From contig CM060733.1 of NCBI GenBank assembly GCA_030704615.1, forward strand, positions 8,556,001 to 8,620,000: a stretch of DNA of 64,000 nucleotides. Reading direction: 5' to 3'. A program made the translations under genes and the position numbers. How positions within the stretch are numbered: position 1 is the first letter of the stretch; each line of letters opens with the position of its first letter. Origin of the DNA: Takakia lepidozioides. Taxonomy: Eukaryota; Plantae; Bryophyta. Shown here one piece after another: positions 37,865 to 51,042 of the stretch. Under the pieces are notes generated by a model. That model made no database searches. It was not told the DNA's origin and saw only the letters and a list, made by a program, of their open reading frames with translations.

Positions 37865-40023
37865 ATGTGAAACTCCAGTGCATTATCATCAGCGGACTTA
37901 ATTAAGATGAGTCTAGCTTGTATCTATGTGAGGCCCCATAGTGGGTGCACAAAAATGCGCCGGATAAGTATCAACCACCAGTGTGCATGACGGACAAATA
38001 CATGAGTGTGGACTGGACATCCAAGATGCCTTGACCGGCGAAGCAAGCATCACTACCACCTTAACCCTTTGTCTGTAGCAATGTGGCACAGCCGCTGCCC
38101 CCCTTCTCTTCCCTTGGTTGAAGCTTATCCAGTCATATAGTCGTCCAACATGGAAACATGTACTTGTGATAAACTGCTTCAGCATTCCTCTATGTGATGT
38201 TAGCACAGCCTGAGGCGGCCGACCCAATGCAGCAACAAACTACATGAAAATATCTGAACTCATTTTATTGGCTCCAGGAGACTGCCCTCACACTGTGCAG
38301 CTCTGCAATACTAGTTTCAGCCTACTGTATCTTCCGCAAAGAATCACTCACAAATAAGTGGTGAAGAAGAAATGGATGAAAGCATGACCATGGAAGCAGA
38401 TGAGAATTTGTAAGGTGAGGTAAGATAAGTGCAGTTTTCCAATTTATAGTTATGGAAGAAAGTAGATCTTATGCGATTAGTCGTTTGCTAGAGGACCTTC
38501 AAAAAGATAGTTAGCTGAGGTAGTACAATTAAACTTTACAACTCTGAGGTGGGCTCATACTTGTTTACCACTAGGAGGCTCAGTGGAGGACCCAAAGGAC
38601 CGAAGGACACAATATACCATTATTTTGGCAGTCACAAAACAGCAGAGATGGCTTGGTAAGAGATTTCTAGGAGAGAGAATATGATGAATTCAAGCGTTTC
38701 TTGCGATGTGTTACAAGCCCAGGGCTGAGCTGCCTACATAGCTGTACATGACAATGGCTCAAAAACTTTCATGTGAAAGAGATAGATCAACAAGTTGACA
38801 TCCTGTGAAGTTTTGGGCAAACTGCTTTGTCTGTCATCCTGAGCTGCTCAAGTAATAACTCACTTAAGTCCTCCTCTTGTCATTTGTTAATCACTTCTCA
38901 ACAATCTGGGAGCAAATTATCCTTTGCACGACGAGCTCTGCGAAGCGCCCTCTGGCCCAGCACAAGGCTCAATGGATCTATTCTTCTAATGCTATATAAA
39001 ACTCAAGCCTTAGCTTAGTCGTACATTGCGAACCACACAAACCATACCAGTCTGCTAGAGATGAACTATCCCACTACAGACTTCCCTTAGACTTATGGAG
39101 AATTCTGTCACGTAACATTGCGAGCAGAATGCTCTTTCCTTCCGTGCAGACCTGCAGGCGTTGTGAGCAGGATCCTTACTCCCACAGTTCTTTGTCAAGT
39201 TTAGGGTTCATTTTTGACATGACAGATCTCATGATTTCGATGTTCTCTGGCCAGAGATACATCAGGCTGTGTTGTTGAGGAGTTGGACGATCGTTCTCAC
39301 TCATTGTATACAACAACTTCCATAGTTCACAGGTGCTAGGTCAATGTCACATTGTTCAACTGTTCCCCCATGATGTTGGTATCTAAAACTCTAACACCTC
39401 TGCAAAGGAAAATTACAGCCCCAAGGATCCTTCTAGAGTTCACATTCACATTCAAAACATCATAGAACGTATGAAAGCAATTCATGGAATTACGTCTAAC
39501 CAACACATCTAAGGGACCATCAAGCCAGTGAGCCAGATACCAAGTTCCCTCCCAATGGACCCTTTCTCTCATCAATGGCCACAAGGCTACGGCAAACAAC
39601 GTCTTATGAGTACAATCTCTCATCCCATGTCCCTTCAAATGGACGCAAGACAATCGCTCACATACATGGGAGCTACTAAGTTTTGCCTGGTCAGAAAGAG
39701 CCACATGTCAAGGGTTTTTGGTAGCTCCACAACAGGAGAGTAAGTACAGAAGGAAACCTTAACAGATCAGAGGGCTGGGAAGGGAAGTTCAACTCCTACT
39801 GGCAGAAAACATCTCTGGAAAGATTCATTCGCCCAAGTACTTCACGAGATGCAACAGATTTTGCTGCACAACCATACCCTTCACCCCACCTCCAATCACC
39901 GTGATAAAAGACAGGCCACTCTTGGAAGGTAGAGGTTTTGATCAATGACAGTTGGAAAGCAGTCCTTCACCTTCCAACCAGACAAACAGCTATCACAATG
40001 TTGATCTTAAAAAATTTAAACCT

Positions 40024-43000
40024 TTACATCAACACATGCTGTGTGCCTTTCTTCCTTTTATTTGAAGCCACGACTCCATCTAGCTTCTCTGATTGGCTCT
40101 CACCTTTTCTCCGTTTACTTTTCTTCAATCCCCCCTCAATGGCTCCCATAACAAGTCTCAGTGATGGGTCCACTTCATGTATATCTGCACTTGCACTCCC
40201 ATTATCAGTCTCTTTTAACTTCCCCAACTTTCTGTTCTTCTTCTTCAGTTTCCGAGGTTTATCTTGTCTCTTGAACAGGGCATCTATTTCATCCTTTTTC
40301 AGGCTCTTACCTGACTCCACTTGTGAAGGGGATATGCCCTCTCCTGACCCAAACTCATTACCATCTACCCCAAAATCAGGCTTACTTGATGTACTTGCCT
40401 CCTTCTTCCTCTTCAGTTCTGGACCCTTCGCAAAACTAAAACCCAACTCGGCCATGGCCCCATCTAGTTTAAGAGCACTGGTGGAGGCCAACAACTCGCT
40501 TGACATCCTCGTCGACACTGGAGTCTCACCATTGGCTTCTTTGATTTGCCTCTTTCTCTGTCCCGTGGAAAGCACATCTGTGGCTGGAGTGGTCGCAGTC
40601 TCAGGCTTAATATTCAGGGCCTCAGTTTCAGCCTGAAAAATCTCAGCAAAGGCTTCCCGTGTGCCCTGCTTGGAGCTTGCTCGCATCCGCCATTCCTCCG
40701 GACCCTTTGCATACCTGTGCACAGTTACACACACATGAAACATTCCTGTATATTTGACTAATGTACTGAGCCTCCAACCACCGCAGTGAGTCCAAAAACG
40801 TCCTCTCTTTCTTGTAACCGGCTAGAATTCCAGCCAGCTGGAAGGGTTAACATCGACACCCTCTCTCTAAGTCATTTTAGGTGGTGATTGTCAACCAGCT
40901 GGAATTTGCTACATAAGGTGTGACATGGCCAGGTACTAGCTCAATTGTAAAGCAGTCTCTCTGTCACGTGGCATACAGACCCGTCTTGAACTGCAGATTC
41001 GTAAACCGCTCTCCCTCCAAATTGATTAAGCCTCAGATTCATACAAAAGCCAGATGTCAAAGAAAGCGTACAAGGCAATGTCACATCGCTTGAGCAGATA
41101 GGGACCATGTCTGGTCTTTGAGAGCTCTGGCTGGGCGTGAGAAAGCTCTGCAGCGATCACTTCCTTTAGTTTCAGGTCCCCTGTCGTAAAACATTTCTCA
41201 ACAGTGTAGGAGCAAATCGGGTGCACAGCCAGCTCTGCGAAGTGCCCTTTCAACCTGTGGCCCACCATGAGGAGTGATGAGTCCGTTCCTCCAATGGTAG
41301 ACAAATTTAAGCCTCAACAGACTCATACATTGCGAGCTATAGTCTGCCAGAGGAGAATAAGCCACTACGAGATCAGCACAAACTATCTCTCCAAATCAGT
41401 GTGACAATTTGCACCCCCACAAGCCTGAACATAGAAACCAGTGAAAAACATTTGTCTGTATAAGTGGGTATGTGTCAGAGGAAATTGTAGATGTACACCA
41501 AGAGTATGACAAATTGGCTTCCTTCATTATATATTGGTGGTCGAAGCCATTTGGCATGTTATCATCTACATAGACATACTTAGAGATGAGCCGATGCTTG
41601 TGTTTGAGTGGAGCAGCTCCAGATAAGAGAAATGCTTCCACCACTCTGCTGCCACTAGGGTCCCTAACAGTGTCCACGACGGATGTAGCCTCCATGGCAG
41701 CTATGCTTGCACAGAACTGCTGGCAACACTCCTGCACAGTCCCTTCCCACCTCTCACAACACATTCACACTACATTTACATTGTAAATGTTCAGATGAGT
41801 ACAAAGTTGGAGGTCAACCTTACCTGAGGGAATCCAAAAGCTGTCTGCAGCATGGTGCAACCCACCACCGACATACGTGAGCCAAATGGTGGCTTCCATT
41901 CTGCTGGAAACCTGCCAGTGCCAGAGAGATTCTCCAGAAATAGCATGCGTGGTACAATACAATTGGGTGATGGTGTATCAGGGTTGATGGCGTGTGCAAG
42001 TACCCGGCACACCTGCACCCCTTGCCGACTTAGTTTGGAATCAGCCAAGAAAGACCCATTCGTTGTATAGAAGCGAGAGAGTTGATCAAAAATATGCACA
42101 CAGTGACTAGAGAAGTCAATGGAAATTCAACCAGGGGGACCTGCCTCACGCTGTCGAGTACGAAACCGAGCACATGCAGCTAGAAGAGCTGCCACCACAC
42201 CCCCCCTCCTCTCAGCTATCACCTCCACAAAACTGGCCTCGAGTTCCTCAACCATCATATTCACCTGTCATTTCCTAGAAAAAAAAATATCAGACTTATG
42301 ACATTGACATGATATGCAGGACGCCCCACCAGTGTCCCTCCTCATTCAAATGGCCCATAACTCTGTTCAACGCAGTTACTTTCATTGCCATCAGGAATAA
42401 CCACAGCCTCAGGCATGGCTTTTTCTCCAGCAAGTTTTCCACATCATTCAAAAGGGCACAGGGAACTTTCAGATTTGGTCCGCACAGTCTCCAGATCATG
42501 ACAGGCAGATGACTACGCTACCCATAACATCCAGTCACACAGAGAGGTCTGCATTCTGTTTTTCCTCTCTGGCTCTGCAAGCAAATCAAATGTGGCACTA
42601 ACATCACATCTTCGGTTAGGGTACAGATAGCTGAGCTGGAACTGAAGGCATGCTAGCTAGAAGCTACCAAGAAGGGTACTGTCCTATTGGCAGTAAGGAC
42701 ATAATTTTTTGCCCTCTCTCAGTTCGGGCCTTTGTGGCCGTTTGTGGACATTAATTCTATGTTTCTCCTCTATCCTTCCGGTCCTTTGAGCAACTTTGGA
42801 AATACACATGTTCTTTGTTTCCTCTTTCCATCTTTACTTTTACTCTCCCTTTGTCTCTCTCTCTCTCTCTGTCTCCTGTTCTGGGCTACAGAAGCTCTGT
42901 GATTAAAGTTTCCCCTTTTTTCCTATCACCAGTCTCTTCTGGAAATGCGCAAACATGGGTTCATTGTTCCATCAATGGGGACCTAAGCCCTACTCCAAGA

Positions 43001-45530
43001 GAGGAATGCACAAAGGAGACATACCTGACCTGCATGCCGAGCAGCTGCAATGAGCGCCTGAACCACAAAATTGGCTGACGGGTGCAGAGATAACTGAAGG
43101 AGGTGGTGCCGAAAAAAGCGTTGAAACATTTCCATGTATATCGCATCTGGCGCCACTTGAAGCATCACCTGCATCTCTCCAACAAGGGGTGTTTCAGTCT
43201 TTCAGTCTCTATCTTGTTCCCCTACCCTCTCTTCTTATTTCAACCTCTGAGAAGCTGGAAATGTGCCTAAAGAACAGCTGCCAAAAAAGCAGAAAAGGCC
43301 AACATAACCTCATTACCTTTCCTACTACAAACTGAGACATGAGAATACAGAACAGCCAAAAACTAGTGACTGTCTGACCTCCATAAGATGGCTTCCGTTG
43401 CAATCTTGGATCATTTCCACGGTCTTCTCAACTGAGGCTTTCTCCAACACAACTCCCTCCTTCACCTCCGCTTGCTGACCACACTCCAACATTACTGCAA
43501 TCACCTTGGTAACTGTTGATTTATCCCCTTCCACTGCCCGCAAGATTGTCTGCACCAAAGCCATTCCGCAATTTGAGATATTTGGAGATTCTTTCAATTT
43601 GCAGCTTCTTATGTGCAGTGGGTGGTCGGTCCACCTTCCACATGGAAGGCAGTAGCCCCTCGGAGTGAATTGACACCATAGGTTACGCCTGCTTCAGCAG
43701 CAGTCTTCCTCCATGGAATTATGATGCTCCTATACAAGCATTAAAAAGACTACTGCTGCACACCTTTTCAGCCAGTTTTAGCGCTTTAGACGGATGGATT
43801 TTCACAAAAACTTACTGCTTTGGAAATGTTACTTCTTCAGATAATCTAGAACCACCACTGAAGTGGGCCTTCAGCGATGGGAGTGGTTCTACTCTACTCT
43901 TTCCTTTCACCTCTTCCTTCCCTCTCACCTCTCGTGGCCCCCACACTGCTTCAACAATTTGTACATTTCAAGCCACTATAAGAAGAGATATATCGAGAGA
44001 AGGAACAGAGGCACACAGCAGGAAGGATACTCAAATCCAGGAGTTGAAATTACAAACACACACACACCCCCAATGTAAATGTCCAGGAGTAATCTAGAGT
44101 AATCTGGATCCAGATCTGGATCTAAAATTCGCTGCATAAAAGAGTTGGTGATAACCTTACAAGGGTCACTCACTAAGTGTCAGGGCATCAACATCATCAG
44201 GGACAGCAGTGACTAGCTGCTACAACTTCCTGAAAACCCAACAGTGGATGTGGACACTAGTATAATTGCATGCTCATAAACTTGGGCATGTGTCTGACAC
44301 TGGTAGCCCCACTGAGTATCTGGTACAACTATGGACATAACAGGAAAAATCAGCCATGACATTGGCTCGCACTCGAGAGGCAGAGAAACCCAAAATTATA
44401 AAACAGGGCAGTTTCAGCAGATGTGAACAGCAACCTTCATAATATCAGGACAGTACATGATTTCATACCTGTAATGCAGGACCCCCTGCAGAGCCTGCCC
44501 TCAACTCTACCATGCTTCCCCTGCAACTTTCCAGAATGATGCCTACAAGTGATTTTAACTGATCTGGGAATACCCGGCCCCTTGATCGGGCACTCGCAAC
44601 TCCCCGAGGCTTTGATGCAAGGTTGCCCAACCGTTGTGCAAGGCCGCTTTTCAATTTCACCCCAGCCCCTGATTTTGGGGATGCTTCTAGTGGAAGCCCA
44701 CTACAGAGAGCCAGAAGCTGGCGAAGCACATGAGACCCATAGCGACTGCGCATTAAATCAACAGCATTCTTGCCTTCTTCCACCGCCTGTCACATGAACA
44801 CCATTAATTGGTGAGACAACTCCAAAACAAATGCCATTGAGACTCTAATTTAATTGAAGATACATCATCACCCTAGCAGGCCCTGAAATCCACGTATCAG
44901 ATAAGGAGTGTAAGTTACTCGCTCTTTCTCTTCTTATTATTCTGTCGTGGGTTGTTCCCGCATGAGCTCTCTCTCTCAGATGTGCAGAGGGACACTAAGA
45001 ACGCCAAAATCTATCTATTTATAAAGCCAGAAAAGATGAAGCTGATGGAATAAACATTGATTTCTCATTCCACCCTTCGCCCACTCACCAAACAAACTTA
45101 CCTCACATATTTTCGAAATTGCACGCTCGACCGTGGAGTACCAACCGGCTCCCTCAACACCACCCCCCCCATTCAAAGCGGCTGCCACGGACTTCAGCGC
45201 AGCTTCTGCCACATGAGACCCACCTGGGTCTAGCGACATAGAAGTGAAAACAGGTGTACATTGCTGAAGAAACAATGCTACCTGAGAGATATCACTAGAT
45301 GAGAGAAGAGTTTCCAGCACCCGCCCACATGTGGAATTGCAAGCCAAATGCAGCTCTTTGCCCCGCGCTTCCTCTAATGCGTTTGCGCAGACTGTGGCCC
45401 TCTCCTCAGGGTCCTCAAGTGAACCCCCCTCACCCACCAGTGCAGCTATCTCGGAGAAATACTGCTGGATTTGGGGATCAACCTGCCCCCTGCTTGAGAC
45501 TTGGACATCCGCCTTACCCCTCCTCGCCAT
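40024..45530 (-). CDS. NOP9: Nucleolar Pumilio-repeat protein NOP9/APUM23, multi-exon
   Basis: VDPQIQQYFSEI...CANALEEARGKELHLA, GSHVAEAALKS, YGSHVLRQLLALCSG, GSHLMEV, LSLHPSANFVVQALI, CIVPRMLFLE, DPSGSRVVEAFL and KGHFAELAVHPICSYTVEKCF, with a K-rich C-terminal exon 40714-40024. ATG at 45530. Confidence 0.9.
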
Positions 45531-48041
45531 CGCCACACTAGATCAGACAGATTCCGAGGTTTAGGGTTTAAGGAGCAGGAATTCTTCTGTTGCACCCCAC
45601 CCATCCGTAACAATCCCCATCCATAATATCTACATCCCATGCACCCATCCATCCTGGATTTCACGAAACTCCAATTCCCCAACAATCATTCTCCTATCAT
45701 CCATAATATAGAAAAAGGGAAACGCAACGAGATGTACTAAACGATTCTCGATTCTCGAGATCCTATCCCCTGAAAGGAAGGATTTAAATGTGGTAGGGCC
45801 CGCTGTCAGGTCCTGGCCTCCTCTCCCTCATTACGAGGAGGCCACACAAAATTGAGAGGCGGCCAGATCGCGTTGACCACATTTTGTATGCAACTGCCAA
45901 CTGGGTTCCGATTTGCAGTAGAATCTGGGCGATGCCAGATGGAAGGCAGTGAGCTGCAGAGATTTTAAGAAGTTGGGTCGCTTGGAAGGTGTTGGGGGAC
46001 TGCGGAAACGTGCTGCTTGTGGCGCGCAACTCGCAACTCGAGGATCGTCTTCTCCGACAAGTACTGACCAAGCTGCCTTCCGACACAACAGTACTGTGAG
46101 CGGATAGAAGGGGTTTGATTCGCTGCAATGAACTGGAGGCAACTTTGCTTGCCGGATCCAGTAGTGAAGCTCTTCCTTCTCGTCACCCAATCTGGTCCAC
46201 CGTTAATTATCTTTATGTGCGGAAGATGACTAGGAATCTTGATTCTGTATTTGGTCTGCCTCCAGTGAACTTGACTGCAGCTTGAGTCGCAGGATTGATG
46301 GAGGTCTTTCTCTTTCATCATCCCGAACTCACCACCCTGTACATGTTTCTCTTCAGGGAGGATCCTGTCGCTGGGGAAAGAGATGTCAACATCCGATCGC
46401 TCGTCTCAGTCCAGCAGCTCGGAAATGCTGCCACTTGCTACGTTTCACTATAGTGGGGACAGCCATCCTCACCCGAGTTCAGTTCCCTCACTGGAAGTAA
46501 GGAGGTCCTTCATTGACTGGCCTGGCCTATTCTGTGTGCCTCTCTTGTGCGTTGTCACTTGCTGCGTTGACTGAAGGAGATTGGTCGCCATGGAAGATTC
46601 CATAGTCGAGAGTTCCACCTATAAGTTCAGATCGCCGGATCCTCAGGCCTGGCGTCCCGACCATACAGCCAACTTCAGGTGGGATTTTTCAGCCATGTAG
46701 CCTTCTCCACTCTTTCATTCAGAAGGAATTCTCACTCTCCCAAGAGCGCCTTCCCGTATGCTGACAGAGAGCTCGACTGTTGAGGCCAATAAACACTACT
46801 TTATCCCATTTGTAACTACCTGTAGCAATGGATACCTTCGTGGGTGTTCAAAAGTCCAAATGAGGTGTTCCCTGATCTCCTGATCCCATAGTTCCGATCG
46901 CGCATACCAAGGTAGTCCAAAAGCGATGGAGCTCTTTCTACCCCTGTGAGTAAATTGAAGTGTTGGTGTCCTGTAGGTTGTTAGTCTTGACCGAGAATTT
47001 GCATTTCAGCAAGTGGACTGCATCTATCCCCATTTCATGTGCAAAGTTTTCCGAACTGCAAAACGAACTTGTTTCTCACATGTTTCCTTACTCACCTGCT
47101 GAAGCCCATCCTTTTCATGATAGAAAGACCAGGTGGTTTGCAGTCATAATTAGTTTCGGTGTAGTATGTTACTCTACAGTTTTCGAATCTTCATCATCAT
47201 TTCTTCCACCAGGCTGTTTACCTGCAGTTATGCCTAGGTATCCACTGAAGTATTATGTCTATTAAGTCTATGAACTTGTTTGACCACATCTTTTGGTTAA
47301 GAGGCCTGATCTGTAATACAGAACTGCTCAAAGATCAGCTTAGGAGGTTATTATGTGTTCCTTGTCACCTGACCATTGGAGGATGTACTCAAGGGTTAGT
47401 AACTTGGGCCTTGTGTGAGAACAACTTAGGGAGCTTTGTGTAAACTTGCCTGGCAGACCTGATACCCTTGGCCTGAATATCTCAGCATGGCTAGTCTGAG
47501 CTGCAGGATGATGCACCTGTAAACCCATTTTTCTGCACTTAGTGGAACTCTTTTTATGTTTCTATTGTAGCATTTACGGTTCCTAGTTCCACTTATTTCC
47601 TGATCATCTCTCAATGAAGTTGAGCAATTGTAAGTTGAAACATAATCCCAGAAGTCGTCTTGGATGACATCTATGTCTGACTCAGCTCGGTTACTTGCTT
47701 CTTATCTTTAGCTTGTTGGTCCTTGGATCTTGTAGAGATTTACATGGTAGAGTCCAAAATTGTCTTGTACCGTTTCCAGATTTCATCCAGCAAAAATCCT
47801 CCCTCCTGTCGATGGTGACCAAGGCATCCGAGTCATCTGAGTCATCAACAGCTACCTTTTACACCAAGGTCCCTTCAAGTACCTTGTATCAGTTTTGTAC
47901 AAGGTAGTCATAATCTGGGCTATAGGTGATTTAATGGAAGCCTCTTTGTCTAGGCACATGTTTTATTCACCTATATTATGTTTGTGTACTTGGGTAGCTG
48001 CCAGGCTAATCAAAAGCAGAGTTTTCTGGTGATCCAGGTCT

Positions 48042-51000
48042 ATGAATGATTCTAGCGTGACTTTGGGCACACTTGAAATATCCAAGAACCTACTTGAAAA
48101 TGGATGGTTATATTCTTCTAAAGCGTATAAATTGAGGCATGCTGTTGTTGGGAAGAACGTAGTGGTTGAAGATGATTCGAAGACGAAGATTCGCTGGATT
48201 GCATTTCCTGGCACTCACAACCATGAAGACTTCATCACCGATTCCAAGTTTGGAGAGGTTGAACTCACTTCCCTGAAGCCAAGTGAGGAGGGTCCCAAGC
48301 AGCACTATGGCCATGGCTTTGAAGGGCTCCATGACAATGTGGCCAACCCTGTGCTTGTGCACAAGGGATTCCTAATGCGATTTTTGAAGATTATGGAGAG
48401 TGACACACTGTGCAATGCTGTGAAGGTTTGGATCTAATTCTCATCAGTGTTGCTCTAAATATATCAGATTTTACATGTACATCAATCACAGCAGATTTGC
48501 AAAATCAGTGAAAACTTAACATCTAATGAATCTCGAAGGATTTTTAATGGTGCAAGAACTTTGCTGTCCTAAAATCAAGCCTTGTGGTGATATTGAGTGC
48601 AATTTCCTCAATGTTTCTTACCCTTTGAACTAAGGAGCCTCTGTTAGTTATACAGACTCGCACCTTAGTATGGCAAGCATACGCCTTGCCTTTCTCAGTA
48701 GAAATTACGTTGATCGGGCCATGAAGATTGGAGGTCTGCCAGCAAATGCTGTTGAGGTGCGGGAGTTTTTTCTGTTTAGGAGTATGCCAGTCCATCCAAG
48801 AGTGAAGAGTGCTATTTAAACTGTTAAATGCAGGAGAATGACACCTGGAAAAACAACGGAATGAAGTATATAGTCTTTACAGGCCACTCACTTGGTGGAG
48901 CAATTGCGGTGCTGGCCACAGCTCAACCAACAGAAGACAGAAATTATGGTGTAAACTCAATCAATGCAAAGATAAGTAAGCCATGCTGTCTCACATATGG
49001 TGCGCCCTTGATTGGTGATGCGAAGCTGGCAGAGGCCGTACGCCGTGAAGGCTGGGAAAGGCAGCTATGCCATGTTGTGTCACGGCATGACATCGTCCCC
49101 CGCATTCTCCTTGCCCCCCTCACTTCATTGGACAAGCCATTGAAGGCCGTGATTCCATTTTGGCTGAGACAGATGATGAAGGACAAGCGTAATCCAGAAG
49201 CCCCAGATCAGGTTGATGCACACAACTTGGAGTTTGCTACTGCTGTACAAGGTGGGACACAAATTGGCTGGCTTTTGTCTTGGTTTATAAAGCCCACTGA
49301 TGATAGACCTGATCAGGGTGAGGCACGCAACCTATTACGTGTTGTAATGGAGGGGGCTGGAAAGGTGGTGATGGCAACCTCAACAGCCTTCTCAGTGTTG
49401 AGTTTTTGCAAGAATGTATTCAAAAACAGCCCCTACAGGCCATCTGGTACCTTCATCTTTTGCAGCAAGTCTGGGGCAGCAAGCCTGGACAATCCTGCCA
49501 TAGTCCTTCAGATGCTACATGTCACAATGCAGGAGCTAGATAACAGTCCTGGTGATTGGATCTGCGAACATATATAATATGATGAACTGGTGACAGGGAT
49601 GGAAGAGGTGAACAATGTGGACACTTTGGTAACCATGGCATTGTCAGAGACAAAATCACCTTTACAGATTGCAAACCTGCTGCAGCTTGACATCATTACC
49701 AAGGGAGTTCAGGTGAAGTTCTTCTTTTTCTCCTTTTTTCCTTTCACTGTGTGACTGGCAAGTTCCACGACAGCCACACAGCTATTGGAGCAGCCATGCT
49801 GAAGTCAACGTCATCCTTTGTAGTCTGATGGTAAATCCAACCCATAAATTAGCAATCAATGACTTGTAGCCTGATTGTTGTCAGCTTTGTGGGTGGTCTG
49901 GTCATTCCGGTCATAGTGTCGTGTAGTGGGAGAACCAGTGTCACACAGGACAATGCCCTCAAGGGTAAAGCATAAACGACATCAATGGCAGGGGAATGAT
50001 GATGGAGAATGTCCTCCCTAGCCTGATGTTCCCCTGCACAGCCATTCAAGCCCAAGACATTCCTATTTAGTATGAGGACGAAGGCCCTGATGAGATGAGT
50101 TCTGTGACAGAATATGAACCATTTGGTCAGGCATCTCTCTGGGTCCTCACTACATGTTAGAGGATGTGGCAGTGGATGCTGTTTGATGAAGGTAGTGCTC
50201 AAAGGTAGGAAATATGATATTCATGAAATAACTTGACTCTCTCTTAAGAAAGGACCTTTGATTTTTGATCCAGCATCTACAACTTTTCAAGTCATTCCAG
50301 TGGGCGGAGACAACTAAGCAGACGCTTCGCTATCAATAGTGCAGGTCGCCTCGCCAAATTCAGAAAGGTGCTTGTGGCCATGATTGAGTTGGAGTGGTTT
50401 AAAATGGAATGCGAGGAGCAAGGAGTGTACTACTATGATGTGTGCAGGGGGAGGGGAGCAGCTCATGGAAGTTTCGAAGGCTAATGTTTTGGCAGCCATG
50501 AAGCACCCATGGTGCTTGGTAACTTCTGGGACGAGACAATGGAGATGTATGAGCAAAAGCTGCTACCTGATAATTTTCAAGCCCAAAACAAATGGGTCAA
50601 TCATGGCCACTCGTACCGTTTGTTGGTGGAGCCTTTGGACATTGCCAACTATTATCGTCTGGGCAAAGACAAGGACACTGGCCATTACATGAGGCCACAC
50701 CACTATGCAATCTTAGAGAAGTGGTGGACAGACAAGAGGGGAAACAAATTCCACAAACCTGGAAGTTTGACACGAGACTCACAATTGTGGGCCAAGAAGG
50801 AAAAGGCAGAACAATATCTGACAGACACAGTGAATGATGGTGTGCAGGGTGGTAAGGAACTTCGCAAGTTTGAGGAGGATGTTCTGGCTCAGTACCAGGA
50901 AATGAAAATTGCTGACGACCTGAAAAAGAGTAGCTGGAAGGAGTGGTGGCGCAGGTATCGGAAATCGCTCCCTGCAAAATCTGACTTAGCAGAACGATTT

Positions 51001-51042
51001 GACTCATGGTTGTTTTATAAGGAAGGCAACGCGTGTGGGTGA
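48042..51042 (+). pseudogene. EDS1/PAD4-family gene (lipase-like plus EP domain), disrupted
   Basis: Exon ~48039-48425 has IAFPGT and VHKGFLMRF. Exon 48834-49712 has VFTGHSLGG, CLTYGAPLIGD, HDIVPR, SPYRPSGTFIFCS and EH, with an in-frame TAA at 49575. The last exon ~50274-51042 has LEWFKMEC..GVYYYD, LGNFWD..EM..LPDNF, YRLLVEPLDIANYYR and SLTRDSQLWA, with a TAA at 50482 and apparent frameshifts. The 5' end is uncertain. Confidence 0.88.

Noticed and set aside
39938-40636. 232-aa plus-strand ORF (similarly 1558-2370 and 17498-17968)
   Set aside because: These are antisense shadows of minus-strand coding sequence.
45888-45968. MQLPTGFRF resembling a NAC-domain start
   Set aside because: It lacks the following HPTDEEL motif and hits a stop after 26 codons.
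3558-46169. Giant 42.6-kb CACTA element closed by GTAGTG-AAG at 46161, matching the left AAG flank
   Set aside because: Only CACTAC and a displaced ATCCGGC match, and there are no subterminal repeats at the right end. The interrupted GCM-like ORF does not resume, and a 9-mer match is plausible by chance in 60 kb.
49575-50484. TAA stops repaired by U-to-C RNA editing
   Set aside because: Reverse editing in hornworts, lycophytes and ferns is organellar. This is a spliced nuclear gene and it also has frameshifts.
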